The notes beneath the pieces are model-generated. The model saw nothing but the letters and a program-made list of their open reading frames with translations. It had not been told where the DNA came from and made no database searches. DNA of 64,000 bases, from contig OX597837.1 of NCBI GenBank assembly GCA_951406725.2, positions 13,764,001 to 13,828,000 on the forward strand, given 5' to 3'. Numbering within the stretch: position 1 is the first letter of the stretch; every line of letters starts with the position of its first letter. The translations under genes and the position numbers were made by a program. The DNA is from Octopus vulgaris (lineage: Eukaryota). Shown here in pieces: positions 26,264 through 40,500 of this stretch.

Positions 26264-27741
26264 GTGTAGAGCGTTTTAAGGTTAGACTGGGGGAAAGATG
26301 TTAGCATAGGGAACCTAGAGTTTGTCTAGGGAACTACATTGGAGAAGAGTACCTAAAGACAGCCCAGGGAAATGCATAAATATGAGTATTTGGATCATCA
26401 TCATTGTCATCATTATTATTATTGCTGAGGTCGACGTTGCTTTTCATCCTTTCGGGGTTGATAAAATAAGTACCAGTTAAACACTGGGGGCGATGTAATC
26501 GACTCATCCCCTCTCCCACCACCAAAATGGCTGCCCTTGTGGCAAAATTTGAAACTATTATTATTATTATTATTATTATTGCTCTGGTTATTATTAAGGT
26601 GGCGTTGTGCCGCCGGGGTCGACTTTGCTTTTCATCCTTTTGGGGGTCGATAAATTAAGTACCAGTTACGCACTGGGGTCGATCTTTCCCTCAAATATGA
26701 GGCCTTGTGCTTCCAGTAGAAAGGATTATTAAGGTAGCAAGCTGGCAGAACCGTTAGCAGGCCGGGAGAAATGTTTAGTGACATTTCGTCCATGTTTATG
26801 CTCTGAGTTAAAATTCCGCCGGGGTTGACTTACCCTTTTATCCTTTCGAGGTCGATAAAATAAGTACCAGCTGTGTACTGGGGATCTATGTATTCGACTT
26901 CCATCGCCTTCCTGAACTTGCTGGCCTTGTGCCAAAATTTGAAACCGTTATTAAGATGGCGAGCTGTCAGAATGGTGAACCCGCCGAGCAAAATGCTTAG
27001 CAGCATTTCGTCGACTTTGCCTTTCATCCTTTTCGGATCGATAAAATAAATACCAGTTGAACATTGGAGCTAATGCAATCGACTTATTCCTCCCCTAAAA
27101 TTGCTGGCCTTGTGCCAAGATTTGAAACCAATACAAGCCTAAGTTAAGGCGGCGAGCAGGCAGGATCGTCAGCATTTTGTCCGTCTTTGTGTTCTGAGTT
27201 CAAATTCCGCAGAGGTCGACTTTGTCTTTTGTTCCTTCAAGGTTGACAAAGCAATTACCTATTTCTGAAAAGGTAAATATTTTTTTTTACTTCCACGTGT
27301 CCCTATTTACACAACTATAAGGAATGAACTTCCTAGGTGTTTTCATTATAGTTCAGTTTAATTTCTTAAAGATGTAAGAAATTAATTATCCCAGCATCTT
27401 CCACCAAAATATCTGAATTCGTCGAGGAAGACCCTACGCGGCGGTTAGGTTTGCTAGAAAATGATACCAAATACTCCTCAAATCAAAACGTATCGTCTTG
27501 AAGAAAGAAAAAGTGGGGGAAGTGGAAGAATATATTCAATATTGCAGCCACAGAAAACATTATATTTGAAACAAAAATAGAGTAAAATCAATAAAAGTTG
27601 GGTTAATCACCGCTTGAACGAATTTCGTCCCATGTCTCCTGAACCAGGGACAGAGGGGAAACGAAACAACAGTTCGAAGTCAAGGAAGAAATAATTTCAT
27701 TTTTCATAACATTCCTTTCTTGTATTATAAACTCCATTCAC

Positions 27742-27901
27742 CTCTGGGATGCCTTATAGGAACATTTAATCGAATTCAAGGACTTGGCTGGTATTTTTAT
27801 TTCAACGGCCCTGGAAGAGCCGTGTCTATAACCCAAAAAGCCTTCCCCTCCCTGCCGGGGCAACTGTCCTTGTGTGCCGATTCCTCCTTCACAGGCAGCG
27901 C
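27742..27901 (-). other. Probable internal exon (leader or small ORF)
   Basis: Strong acceptor with polypyrimidine tract, ctaac branch-like motif and ttcag; donor AG|GTGAAT; GC-richer unique sequence. Confidence 0.5.
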
Positions 27902-28659
27902 CTGAAGAAGGTTAGACAAGAATGAATGAAAGGAAAATGCTGATGTTGGCGGGATTTTAACTGAGAACGAAAAGGTTCGTAAGTTTATTTTTCTGATATT
28001 ATCGGAAAAAGTAGGAATGTTTTGGTTAAACAAATACCTTAGAATTGGGGTCAGGTTTGTCTTAGAAACAATTATTTACATAATATGACGCGGAGAACCC
28101 AGTTTCGAAAACATTCCAAATTACTGCATTTTAAGTGTCTCATTCACTCAGGAAGATATTAATGTAATAATTTTCCCTCTTTCTTGTCTTAAGAAAATAT
28201 TCTTGTCTGAAAAGAAATTCTTTATATTTTGGTCGAGGCATAACTACAATTTGGTACCCTTCTCCCTTCCAACTTTGTCACCGCATTAAAAATATGCACT
28301 TTTAAGAAAGATGTGCTTCGACTGATATATTTCCCGACGGATTTTTTCACAGCTATACATTGCCTTGGAAAAACCCCTTAAAACCGCAGTTAACATAAAT
28401 TTGTATCACCGAAATCATTTTTTTTTTTTTTGTTAAACATCACCATCAGCACCTTTGAGAGGTCCTCCTGGCCTCATCAACCGCCCGTTATAAGTAGCAA
28501 AGGCATCGTCCCATCAGAATCATTTCGTGTCTTTTCCCTCTCATTTTTCAAACAACAAAAAGCCAACAACACCAAGTTCCCTCTGCTCCCATCACCTTGC
28601 CATCGTCCCAACTACCATCGAAGCATTTCCCCGTCACTAAAGAAAAAAGTTTTACTTAC

Positions 28660-28800
28660 CAGAAAAACTAAGATTACTTTTAAGTTGTGGCTGTGAACTA
28701 CGTGTAAGTTTGGTATCGATCGCCATGTGACAGTTTCTGTTGGGGCTTACGGCAAACAGATTTACGGACTGTTACATACATATTGGTAGACATTGCATGT
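28660..28800 (-). other. Probable first exon of the unidentified minus-strand transcript (5' end approximate)
   Basis: Consensus donor CTG|GTAAGT at 28659; ATG at 28726; mildly CpG-rich sequence upstream. Confidence 0.45.
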
Positions 28801-29559
28801 GGTGGCATCTGGTGAGGCCTGGGACACCAAACCACGCGCTTCTTTTCACCGCCGAATGTGTGTGTGTGTGTGTGTGTGTGTGTGTCTCCACCGCCGTCAG
28901 CGTCATTGTTTTAACGTCCACTTTTCCCTGCTTGCATGGATCAGACGGAATTTGTTGAGGTAAATTCCCTCATGATCATCATCATCGTTTAACGTCCGTT
29001 TTACATGCTGGCATGGGTTGGACGGTTTGACTGTGGGTTGGCGAACCAGAAGGCTGCACCAGGCTCCAATCTGATCAGGCAATGTTTCTACAGCTGGATA
29101 CCCTTCCTAACGCCAACCACTCCGAGAGTGTAGTGGGTGCTTTTATATGTTCCACTGGCACAGGAGCCAATCAGACGTCCCTGGCTTCAATCATGTTTGG
29201 ATAGTGCTTTTTATGTGCCACCAGCATGGGAACCAGTCAGTGGGTACTAGCATTGACTGTGTTTGGATGGTGCATTTTACAAGCCACTGGCACAGGAGCC
29301 AGTCAAGGGGCACAGGCCACAGCTATGATTTTGGTTTTATTTGACTCAACAGGTCTTCTCAAGCATATCGTATATACCCCCCACCCATATATATATGTAA
29401 TTCAAAATATGAACAAAAACAAACTATTTAATAAATTTTTAGTTTTCAAAATGAAACAAAAATAATGTATATTTTTCTATTCTTCCATTTTATTTTTATT
29501 TGAAAAGTTTTTACTCATTTGGATTTAAATGAGTTAACTTGGGCATTGAAAAAATACAT

Positions 29560-30172
29560 ACAACTTAACTATCTTCGATCTTTTATAAGATGTGTTGCTT
29601 TTAAATGATAATTCTTAAAACAAGGAGCTACACACAAAGTTATCTTGCAGACATCACACATGTATCTGCTTTCTCTTCAAATCTTCTTTCCTTTAGCGTC
29701 TCTCTTCTCTTGCACATTTTGCACACTGTCTTGTAGGGTTCTTTTTCTTATCACTTGGTGGTATTTCCACGGGAAAGTGACCAGCTGGGGCAAATCTTGT
29801 TGGATGTGGAATCGATGACGGTCTTCCTGGTTTCATGGGAGGCAATAAGGGCCTATATTTTATTCAATAATCTTGGTTATTATTTGCATTCTAAATTTCA
29901 GCGGTTTCATAGCAGACGCTGAAGTTTCCAAAGATGCTTTATACAAAACATAAGTATTTCAGATAGCCAAATCCATCAAATGAAAAAATAGTTATTTTTT
30001 TTAAACAACACAAGTAAATTCGTGATTGCTCAAACATGAAACGACACAAAACAAATAAACTCGTTTGTGTGCTAAAATTAAAAGTTAATTTTGCCCGAGT
30101 ATACTCGTCTGGTTCTAAAAAGATACATTTGCAATGCATGAGTAAACTTGGGGTAATCCATTAAGGGGTTAA
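29560..30172 (-). mobile_element. Internally deleted piggyBac element retaining a PGBD4-like transposase C-terminus
   Basis: Terminus TTAA-CCCCTT at 30172-30163. Frameshifted LKFRMQIITKIIE...PGRPSS...[53 protein letters not shown] is the piggyBac cysteine-rich domain. Confidence 0.82.
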
Positions 30173-31068
30173 TAAAATGAATCATATACTTATTATTTAT
30201 ATATACATGTGTGTGTGTATATATATATGTGTGTGTGTGTCTGTGTATGTATATATATATATATATGATGCCAGCACCGCCACTCATGGCCGATGCCAGC
30301 ACCGCCTCGACTGGCTCCGTGCCAGTGGCACATAAAATACACCAATCCGACCGTGGCCGTTGCCAGCCTCGCCTGGCACCTGTGCAGGTGGCACGTAAAA
30401 AGCACCCACTACACTCACGGAGTGGTTGGCGTTAGGAAGGGCATCCAGCTGTAGAAACATTGCCAGATTAGACTGGAGCCTGGTGCAGCCTTCTGGCTTC
30501 CCAGAACCCCGGTCGAACCGTCCAACCCATGCTAGCATGGAGAACGGACGTTAAACGATGATGATGATGATGATATATATAAGGAGAGTTTATGAAAAAA
30601 ACAAAAGACGAAGACAGGTGGAGTATAAAACAAACAGATGTATTAGTATAATGCTCAGGAATAGAAAAAGTCTTTCACGTTTCAAGCCTACGCTCTTTTA
30701 CAGAAAGGGACACAGAAAAAACAAGAGAAAAAAATGTGTGTAGTGGCTAACGATCTATCATGGCATCTATATATATATATATATAGATAGATAGATAGAT
30801 TTTCTGTAGGTAAAATCTGGCAATATGTGGGTTCTGTCTGTGTTTGCTTGATACATATAGACTGTGTATTTGAGTAAACATTAACATAGCAATTTTGGAT
30901 GGCGTTTGAGTTATTTTGTTAATCTCTAATATTATCGACAGGCATTGACGTTTCTAGCAGCTCTACCCTTAACAATCACCCTACAATGTTCTCAACTATT
31001 AACTATCATAATCCCATCAACAAACTATTGTGTATTATATTAGCACGAGCAAGGATGTATTGAATGCG

Positions 31069-31397
31069 TTTATTTTTGTATATACCTGGCAAAGACAGTT
31101 TCTAGGGAACGCTTGCGTTGAGTAAAAACAAACACTTCTGAGTTTGTCATAGGTTAGCCTACACGTTAAATAAAGTCCTTTTGAAATTCTCCCTGAGGAT
31201 ATACCCAATTCACTGGTTTCGAATAAGGAATTTTATTTCTGAAATTGAAGAATTGTGTATGGAAACAGGTGTAGGTAGGAAATTCTATGTTTGAGATTGA
31301 ATGTCTTCAAATAAAAACTTCTGAACGTAAAGTTTTATCCATTTTCTTGTACAAAAACACAAAATCATAAAATTAAGACATCACGATTAGTTTTATT
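31069..31397 (-). terminator. Candidate UBE4A polyadenylation signals in the 3' UTR
   Basis: Minus-strand AATAAA at 31392-31397, 31232-31237 and 31069-31074; which one is used cannot be determined. Confidence 0.4.
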
Positions 31398-31406
31398 TAA
31401 TATCTT

Positions 31407-31530
31407 TTAATATTCTTTAATTCGCTTTCGATTCTCTCTTAACCAACGGTCAATTTTGTCCTTCAAGTCCACATTGGGTATGACCTTGTCCATAGTCAGT
31501 GGTTTCCGGCTGAATGGGTCTGACTGGTCA
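31407..31530 (-). CDS. UBE4A: UBE4A coding exon 17, U-box C-terminal part and stop (absent from the ORF track)
   Basis: [40 protein letters not shown]; TAA at 31409-31407. Confidence 0.94.
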
Positions 31531-34500
31531 CTGAAATATAAACAGACAGATGGACTTTAATAACATGAACAATGGAGTCACTAACTGAAGCAATACACAC
31601 ACACACAAGTATATATACTGTATTTTGACGTGTATAAAGAACCCTTTTTTTTGTCAAAAATTAGGTTAAAAAACAGAGAAAAAAACACAAGAAAAAACAA
31701 CAATGTGAGGATGTGGTACATGCAAAGTATTAATTAATAAGATGCTCAGGGAAGGAAAGAAAGGGTGTTTTAGGTTTTGAGCAAAGCTCTTCTTCAGAAA
31801 TAAAGAGGAAAGTCCAAGAGAAAAGGAAAATGGAAGAAGAAAAAAATTGCCAACAATCCACATGTAGTTATATATATATATTGGTATTTCATGGAGGCAA
31901 AGAAAGTCTAGTGACGAAGACCTTTGGCGATATGCTGCACTTGAGAAGACCCGTCAAGCCAAATGAAATCGTTGTCGTGGCCAATGCTGGTGGCACGTGA
32001 AAAGCACTATTCGAGTGTTGGGCTTCACGGAGGCAGTAACAAATGACTGAGGCCTTTGCCATTATGCTGTGCTTGGGAAGAAGACCCACCAAGCCAAGTG
32101 TAATCATAGTCAGGGCAGATACTGGGGTGACACAGCTGGCACCCATGCTGGGGCATGTAACAACACCCATTACACTCTCGGAGTGGTTGGTGTTAGGAAA
32201 GGCATCCAGCCATAGAAAACCCATGCCAAATCAGACTGGAGCCTGGTGCAGCCTTCCTCCATGTTAGCCCGGTCAAACCCATGCCAGCATGGACAATGGA
32301 TGTTAAATGATGATGATGATTTATGTGTGCATGCATGTGTGTATTTGTGCTTCCTTGTTTTGGCATGGTATGATGGTTGCAAATGAATGCCATTCATTTC
32401 CAATATTCCGTGGAAATCTGCCAGGCTACAGGATAACATTATCTTTCTTGGAAACATGTGAGGATTGGCAACAGGGGTGAGGCAACCTGCCATACAGAAA
32501 TCTGCCTCCACAAATTCCATTTGACCCATGCAAGCATGGAAAAGGGGACATTAAAAAACCATGGTGATGATGATGACAATGATGATGATGATGATGGCGA
32601 TAGGTTTTGCAAACTTACCTCAACAGATGTCGTGCAATAACAGTTCGATCCAGGGTTTTCTGTGAAGTTGGCAAGATGACTGGGTCCTTCATTAATGTCC
32701 CCATTATAGGGTCCAAGAACTCATCAGGGGCTTCAGACAACATTTCATCCTCTTCTTTCTGTTTCACTCCCAAGTCCTTGAAATAAGAATTTAGAAAAAC
32801 CGTGTTAGGATATTTAAATTCAAAGAAAAATAACGATAGAGACTAACGTGTAAACTTTACTGATGGCATACGAGGAATCTAGCCATTCTCTTCAACCAAT
32901 AAACCAGCTCCCCCAACCCACCACCAGAGTGTACATCTATAACCACAAGATCTTTACACAGGGACACAAAGTTCAAGTGCTCCATCCCCAGGCAATACAC
33001 CAGACATCTTTATAATTATCACACAATGGCAGTGAGTTGGCAGAAGTGGTAGCACACTACACTAACAATGCTTGCCATCATTTCTTCTGGCCCTTTACGT
33101 TTTGGGTTCAAATCCTGCCAAGGTCAATTTTGCCTTTCATCCTTTCAGGGGTCAATAAATTAAGTACCAGTTCTAAACACTTGGGTTCAAGTAATCAACT
33201 AGTACCCTCCTGCCAAATTTCAGGCCCTGTGCCTTTAACAGAAAGGATTATTATTATTATTATTATGGTGGCGAGCTGGCAGAATCGTTAGAACGCCAGG
33301 CAAAACGCTTAGTGGTATTTCATCTGTTGCTACATTCTGAGTTCAAATTCCACTGAGGTTGACTCCAGAGAGTGTACCTGGTGCCTTCAACGTGTCACCA
33401 GTATGTGTGTGTGTGTTTGTATTTGTGCCCCACCACACCACTTGATAACTGGGGTCAATTTGTTTGAAAAAACCCCATCAAGGCAGTGCCCCAACCTGGC
33501 CACAGTTCAATGACTGAAACAAATAAATCATCAAAGATAAAAAAAAAAAAAACGAACTTACTTTGATTTTCTGATCCAAAGCCTCAAAACTTTCAATGTC
33601 CTGTTGAGACCAGCCAATTTTATGCAAGATATGCTTTGCTTTAATCAACAAGCTTTCAGAATACGAACGACCATCCGACAGAACAGCGAAACAGAATTTC
33701 TCATTTTCAGCAAGGTTCAGGTAAGTTTTGCAGATATTAGAGACAATCTGCTGTGGTTTGAATTCATATTCGTTCTTGTCTTTCACGTTAAAATTCTTCT
33801 GTTTTGGACCAACCTAAAAAAACAAAAAAATAACTAATTAAAACATAAAACATTTCTTCGTAATTTACTCGTCTGGATATGTGAGAACGCCGAACGTGTT
33901 ATGGTAAGATATCTTTTATTCTTTTACAAGCGAACCTCCTGCCCTTTGGCCTAGTCTGTACGGTGCTTGAATGTGTGTGTGGATATTGAAATACGTTTAG
34001 GCTAGAAAGAGGGGATCATGTGTCAGATGAGGAAAGGTTATAGTGAGACTGAGAGACAGAAACAGGGGTCTCTTTGTAAGAATTAAAAACAATTTACACA
34101 GAATGGTCTTCTTCATGTATTATATTTTAGACTGAATTTAGTGAAAAAACATCAGTCCTGCCACTTAAATAAATAAATAAATGCACCCTTTTAAAGCCTA
34201 GCCAGGCTCATGGGCCCGGTTTCAATGGTGTATGTGTTCCACAGCTGGACGGGACGCCAGTCCATCGCAGCGTTACTCATTTTTGCCAGCTGAGTGGACT
34301 GGAGCAACATGAAATGAAGTGTTTTGCTCAAGAACACAACATGCTGCCTGGTCCAGGAATCGAACCACAATCTTACAATCATGATGCTGGCATCCTAACC
34401 ACTAAGCCATGCGCCTCCACTTCTGCCACTTACACACCACAAATTCTTCATTTCACCATCCACTCTCCCAATCCCTCCACGCCCACCACACCAGCAGTAG

Positions 34501-37500
34501 CAGCAGCTGCTGCTGGTTGCTGTCGCTTCATTCACCCTTGCTGATTCACTCCACACTTACCAGATGCACAAGGAAATAATTCAACATCTCCGAGATCCTG
34601 GTGACCATTGAGTCATGGGTAAAGATGGACTTGATGTCTGTGGTCAGCAATTCTATGGCCTGGATGGTAGAATTAGCCATGATGTTGTGGTATCTGGCCA
34701 ACATGCTGATCTGACGGAGATTTGATGTATGCTCTTGTTGTTGCTCGTCCGACAAGTGTCTCCACGTCTCTGATTCCTCTTCCTGTTGTTTCTCTTTAAT
34801 TTGCATCATGTACTGCACAACGGATTAAGAGATATAAATAAGATACAGTTAGGAGATAAAAGATAGAGGTAAGACAGAAAGAAGAGATATAGAGACATTG
34901 GGGCAGCCTTCCAATTTACCAGCCCTGGTCAAACCGTCCAACCCATGCCAACATGGACAACAGATGATGATGATGATCATCATCATCATCGTTTAACGTC
35001 CGTTCTCCATGCTAGCATGGGTTGGACGGTTCAACCGGGGATCTGGGAAGCCAGAAGGCTGCACCAGGTTCCAGTCTGATCTGGCAGTGTTTCTACAGCT
35101 GGATGCCCTTCCTAATGCCAACCACTCCATGAGTGTAGTGGGTGCTTTTTACGTGCCACCTGCACAGGTGCCAGGCGATGCTGGCAACGGCCACGATCGG
35201 ATTGGTGCATTTTACGTGCCACCGGCATGGAAGCCAGTCGAGGCGGCACTGGCATCGGCCACGATTCGGATGGTGCTTTTTACGTGCCACCGGCACAGAA
35301 GCCAGTCAAGGCGGCGCTGGCATCGGCCACGATTCGGATAGCGCTTTTTATGTGCCAGGTTCAATTTCAATTCCGATAATATAGATAAGAGATAGATAAG
35401 CAATGTAGAGATATAGATGAGAGATATGTAGATACAGACAGATAAGAGGTAGAGATAAGAGATATAGATAAGATATATGATGCTGAGTAAAATGTAAGCA
35501 ACGTTTTGAGACATGAAATTTCATCCCAATATATTTCAACAATGTGGAAATTTTATTCATCAAAGAAAGTACCTTTAAAATCAACAAATTTTTGCCAGCA
35601 AGTTACAATTTTGTTTATTCCGCTAACATAAAAATCTGGAGTTCCGGAGCTGATGAACTCTCGGAACACACTTTCAGCATTGGTTTGATTCTTTTTAATT
35701 CCTTCTCTCACAGGAAATCATCAAGGTGCTTGAAAAAGTTGTAGTGGGTAGGAGAAAGGTCTGGGGAATAAGCTGGGCGGGGAAGAACTTTGTAGCCAGT
35801 ACTTAACTTTATTGACCTTGGAGGCATGGAAGGCACAACTGACCTTAGAGGGATTTGAACTCAGAACATAAAGAGCCAGAAGAAATATCACAAGACATTT
35901 TATCTGGTATGTTACCATGGGGTACAACAGAAGTTGCAGTAGAGCTTGAATAGTCATTAAAGAAGCATCGTTATCTAAATGTTCCTCATGGTTGCCTTGT
36001 TTATTTAAGTAAGCTTCGATATATAACATGCAAGCTGTAAAGATTACAGACCGGAGTGGGGTAGGAGAAGGAAGGGTGCGGCAGAAAGGAAATGCTGGGG
36101 GTTACTCACGGATAAAGCTTCATCCAGTAAGAAGATGGCATCGTTGATGAGTAAGTTGATGAAACGCAAAAAGAGGGGGGCGTTGGGAGCTTCTATGTTC
36201 TCCTCTGCATACGCAACCAATTCCTGCAATGAGAAAGAACAGGGTTAATGATGGTTAAAGAGTGATCGGAGACAGGGGATAGGGATGGAAGGTGGAGTGT
36301 TTGTGAGTGAGTGAGAGAGAGAGAGAGAAAGAGAGAGTAGACATAGATATATAAAGAGAGATAAAGAAACAGAGATACAGAGATATAGAAGGACATAAAG
36401 AGAGAGGGAGAGAGAAATAAAGATAGACATAGAGAGAGCAACACAAAAAGAAAGATAAAGACATATACAGACAGAGAGAGAGATAAACACAGAGAGAAAG
36501 AGAAAGTGATAGACATAGATATATAAAGAGACAAAGATATATAGAAAGACATAAAGAGAGAGGGAGAGAGAAATAGAGATAGACATACAGGGAGTAACAC
36601 AAAAAGAAAGATAAAGACATAGACAAAGAAAGAGAGAGAGAGAGAGACACACACATACAGCGAAAAGAAAGGACAAACAGAAAGTAGGGGCAAGGCTGTG
36701 AGAGTAGAATAAAGGATGAAGAAACTGATGGGAAACAAAAGAATTGTGAAGACCTTAATAGCTTCTCGATGGAGAGGAATTTCCCAAATGTATTCCAATA
36801 CTGCGTACATTGGTCGACGGTAATTAAACTTCTGTTCAAATGCGACGCTCTGTCCCGTCATTTCGATACTCACAAATACATGGAGCAACATCTCAGCGAC
36901 GTGTTTGGAAAGGTAATGTGTGTGGAAAATTTTACCTTCATAAAACCTGGGAAACGGAGAAAGAAATATAATTAGGTTGGGTGTCAACAGCCAGATCATC
37001 ATCATCATCGTTTAATGTCCGCTGTCCATGCTCGCATGAGTTGGACGATTTTGACTGAGGGCTGGCGAACCAGATGGCTGCACCAGGCTCCAATCTTGAT
37101 CTGGCAGAGTTTCTACAGCTGGATGCCCTTCCTAACGCCAACCACTCCAAGAGTGTAGTGGGTGCTTTTTACATGCCACTGGCACGGGGGCCAGTCAGGC
37201 GGTACTGGCAATGACCTCACTCGAATCTTTTACACATGCTACCGGCACAGGTGCCAGTAAGGTGACGTTGATAACAATCACGCTCGAATGAGGCCGTTTC
37301 AGCCGGGTTGGTACCAAAACGGTTAATGTAAAATAGACTTCCAAAGACATTAATTTAGAAAAGTCAAAGGTGAAAAAAAACTAAAAAAAAAACCCTGATT
37401 AACTTACAAGTTAAGGCCAATCATATTCCCATGTCTGTTTTCAGAGGGTGGTATAAGGGACGACAGGCTTTCAGCCAAGGAAGCTCGAAGATGGGGATTG

Positions 37501-40500
37501 CTCATGCGCTCAGGACTCCCCATAAAAACAAGAATGACAGTCATCAAGTGATCCAAACTATCCCCGGCTGCCTGAAAATATGCAAATGTAAAGACTCTAA
37601 TTAAAGCAAGGAATTAGTGAAAGTTAATCAGGCATGGAAAAACAACATAATGTAAACAACAGAACAATGAACTCTCTCTTCAATAACACAAACGTTCTGA
37701 CATCCGTCTCCTAACTGCGGTACGACATCGCCTTGCAAGAACATCCCTTCTGTCTCCTCTCAGCTCTTCCCTGACCCAATCCTATTTCCTTCACCCCTCC
37801 CCCAAACTAATATTTGTTACGCCTTCTTCAATGTCCCATCTCCAATCACCTGTCACATGCTTTAAACACTCAAGTGCACTTACTGATCCCCCCCTCCACC
37901 TTCTGTTCCTCTATAAGAGACTGTTTCTAGTCTCTTATATTCACCTTGATCACTGAAGATACACCTTCTCTCACTCTCCAAATGGAGAAGCTATGTATTC
38001 ACTTCTTCAGCAAGGCACCTATTTCTCCCCTTCTATCATACTTCCACTCCCCCTAATACTTTACCCCACTCAATTGAGGAGCCTTGTCTTGAAAATGCTT
38101 GATAACCTCACTAGTGCCGGTGCCACAGAAAGAGCCCCCTGTATGCTCTGTGAAATGGTTGGCGTCAGGAAGGGCATCTCGCTACAGAAACCCTGCCAAA
38201 GCAGACACTGGAGCCTGGGGCAGTCCTGCAGCTTATCACTTCCTGTCAAACCAGTCAACCCATGCCAGCATTAGCTTGGTAGCCTCTTTTACAAAATAAT
38301 CCTTTACAAAAGCCCTTTCCCCCCAGACAATTTCAAGTTAATTTTGCACAGTGGTTTTTATCACATCCAGTACATGCCTTTTTTTTAAAAGATATTTGCC
38401 TAGACTAATGACCCTGAGATAGATATTTATGGAAAGTACTCGACACGGCAAGGACTCATGTAATGAAATTATATTGAGGAACACTGCTTCATTCTCAATT
38501 ACATTTGTACTTATAACTGATAACAACACAATGTTCTACTTAGATTGTAATCTCAACAAAGATTTCTTTTCAAAATGTGTTTTGCACCAGGCCACTCAGC
38601 TGACAAAACTGAGTTGCATCTGTGATTCGAAGGGGCCAGCCTTGTCATTCTCTGGCATGGGTGTTCTTTTGCATTTCACCAGCACGAGTGCCCTTTTGTG
38701 TTTCACTGATACGAGTGCCTTTTATGTGGCACCAACTTGGGTACCTTTTAACGTGTCACTGGCACAGGTGCCATTTTGTGTCACTGGCACAAGTGCCTTT
38801 TAAGGTGCCAATAACTGAGAAAACATGATCACAAATAAAATCAGCCAAAATGGGGTTCCTCTGAAGGATTTCTGGAGTAATGTTACTTAACAGAGTTTGT
38901 AGCTTGGTGATCAGGGAGTCTCTCCATGATGGGCAACTAATTGTCTGCATTGACAAGTCACAGCTTCAGTACTAAGGACATTTGTTTAGAATGCCAAAGG
39001 GAAGAATCACAAGAGGGATTCTTCAAACTGAGCCAACCAACAGGAGACTTAGATGAAGACCAAGAACGAGATGGTTGGATTATATCCCTAATCTCAGTCG
39101 GTCAGACTTGGGAATCATCATCATCATCGTTTAATGTCCACTTTCCATGCTAGCATGGGTTGGACGATTTTGACTGAGGGCTGGCAAACCAGATGGCTGC
39201 ACCAGGCTCCAATCTTGATTTGGCAGTTTCTACAGCTGGATGCTCTTCCTAACCAAGAACTGTAATAACAGTTGCTTCTGATAGGACCCTATGGAGGAGG
39301 TGCCTGAGAACACTCCCTCCATGACCCTCCCAAGAATAGTGGGTGGCAAAAATAGATAGATGGATGGAAATATGTAAGCAGGAGACAATCTGTCTTCCCG
39401 CTTTCATACAACTTTAAGGTAAACAAAAAAAATAATAATAACTTACCTGGTATGTTTCAGGTTTATAATGAGTAACAAACTTTGTGAAGGTCGTTAAGTT
39501 GTCCAAAGTAATTTCCGGGATTGTTGCTAAAATTGTGGGAGGTTTCTTTGCTAAAGGGAATGTAATAGCATTCGTTTTGTCCACCTTGCCAAAGACAGCA
39601 ATCTGAGAGAGCCAGACGGCTGTTGTGATATGGAATTGAAGAGACATGTCTAGAAGTTGGGGTTCAGTGAGTGCTGCTTTCAAACTCAGGAATATTGTCA
39701 CACCTGCAAAAGATATAATAATAATATTAACCCTTTAATGTTTAACCCTTTAGTGTTCAGATTAATCTGTTAAGTGTAATACTTTTTTCACTCAAATTGT
39801 TTTGAATTAATCATACTTTATCTTACAGCTTTGAAGTTTCGATGGTGTGATAGTTTATTCTTAGAATATCAATGTAGGTTAGGTGTGAGGGGCTAGATAT
39901 GGCCAGTTTGAATGTAAAACATGTAGGATATTTGGGCCGGATATGGCCGGCTTAAACACCAAAGGGTTAAACCTGTCATATCCAGCCCCAAATTTTCTAC
40001 CTGTTTTATGTTCAAAGTGGGCAGTTCTGGCCTCTCACACATACCCTACAATGTCATTGTAAAAATATACTATCATATCGGTGAAATTTCAAAGCTATGA
40101 GACAGTCCACGATTAATTCAAATCAATGTGAATGCCAGAAGGATTAATCTGGCCGATTCAGGTGCAAATATTCTACTTGTTTTATGTTCAAACTGGCCAG
40201 ATCCAAATAAAGTCTCTGGTAATTTATCTGCATATCATTTCTTCCACCACCACCACCACCCCGGCTGTCATCAGGAGCAAAGTTGTTACCTCTTTGTCGT
40301 CATCATTGTCCACTTTCCCAAACTCTCGTGGGTTAGGCAGAATTTACTGAGACAGACTTTCTATGGCTGGGAGCCCTCCCTGTTGCTAACCCTCAACTGT
40401 TTCCAAGCATGATAATATTTGCCCAGGGCCAGACAGGTTCTCCACGGAAGACTGGGAATGGACAACATAGCTTGCATAACAATGATGTTCATTTACAACC

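Noticed and set aside
36193-37008. 271-aa ORF as a standalone membrane-protein gene
   Set aside because: It is UBE4A exon 12 plus flanking intron. It is kept only as an intron-retention hypothesis.
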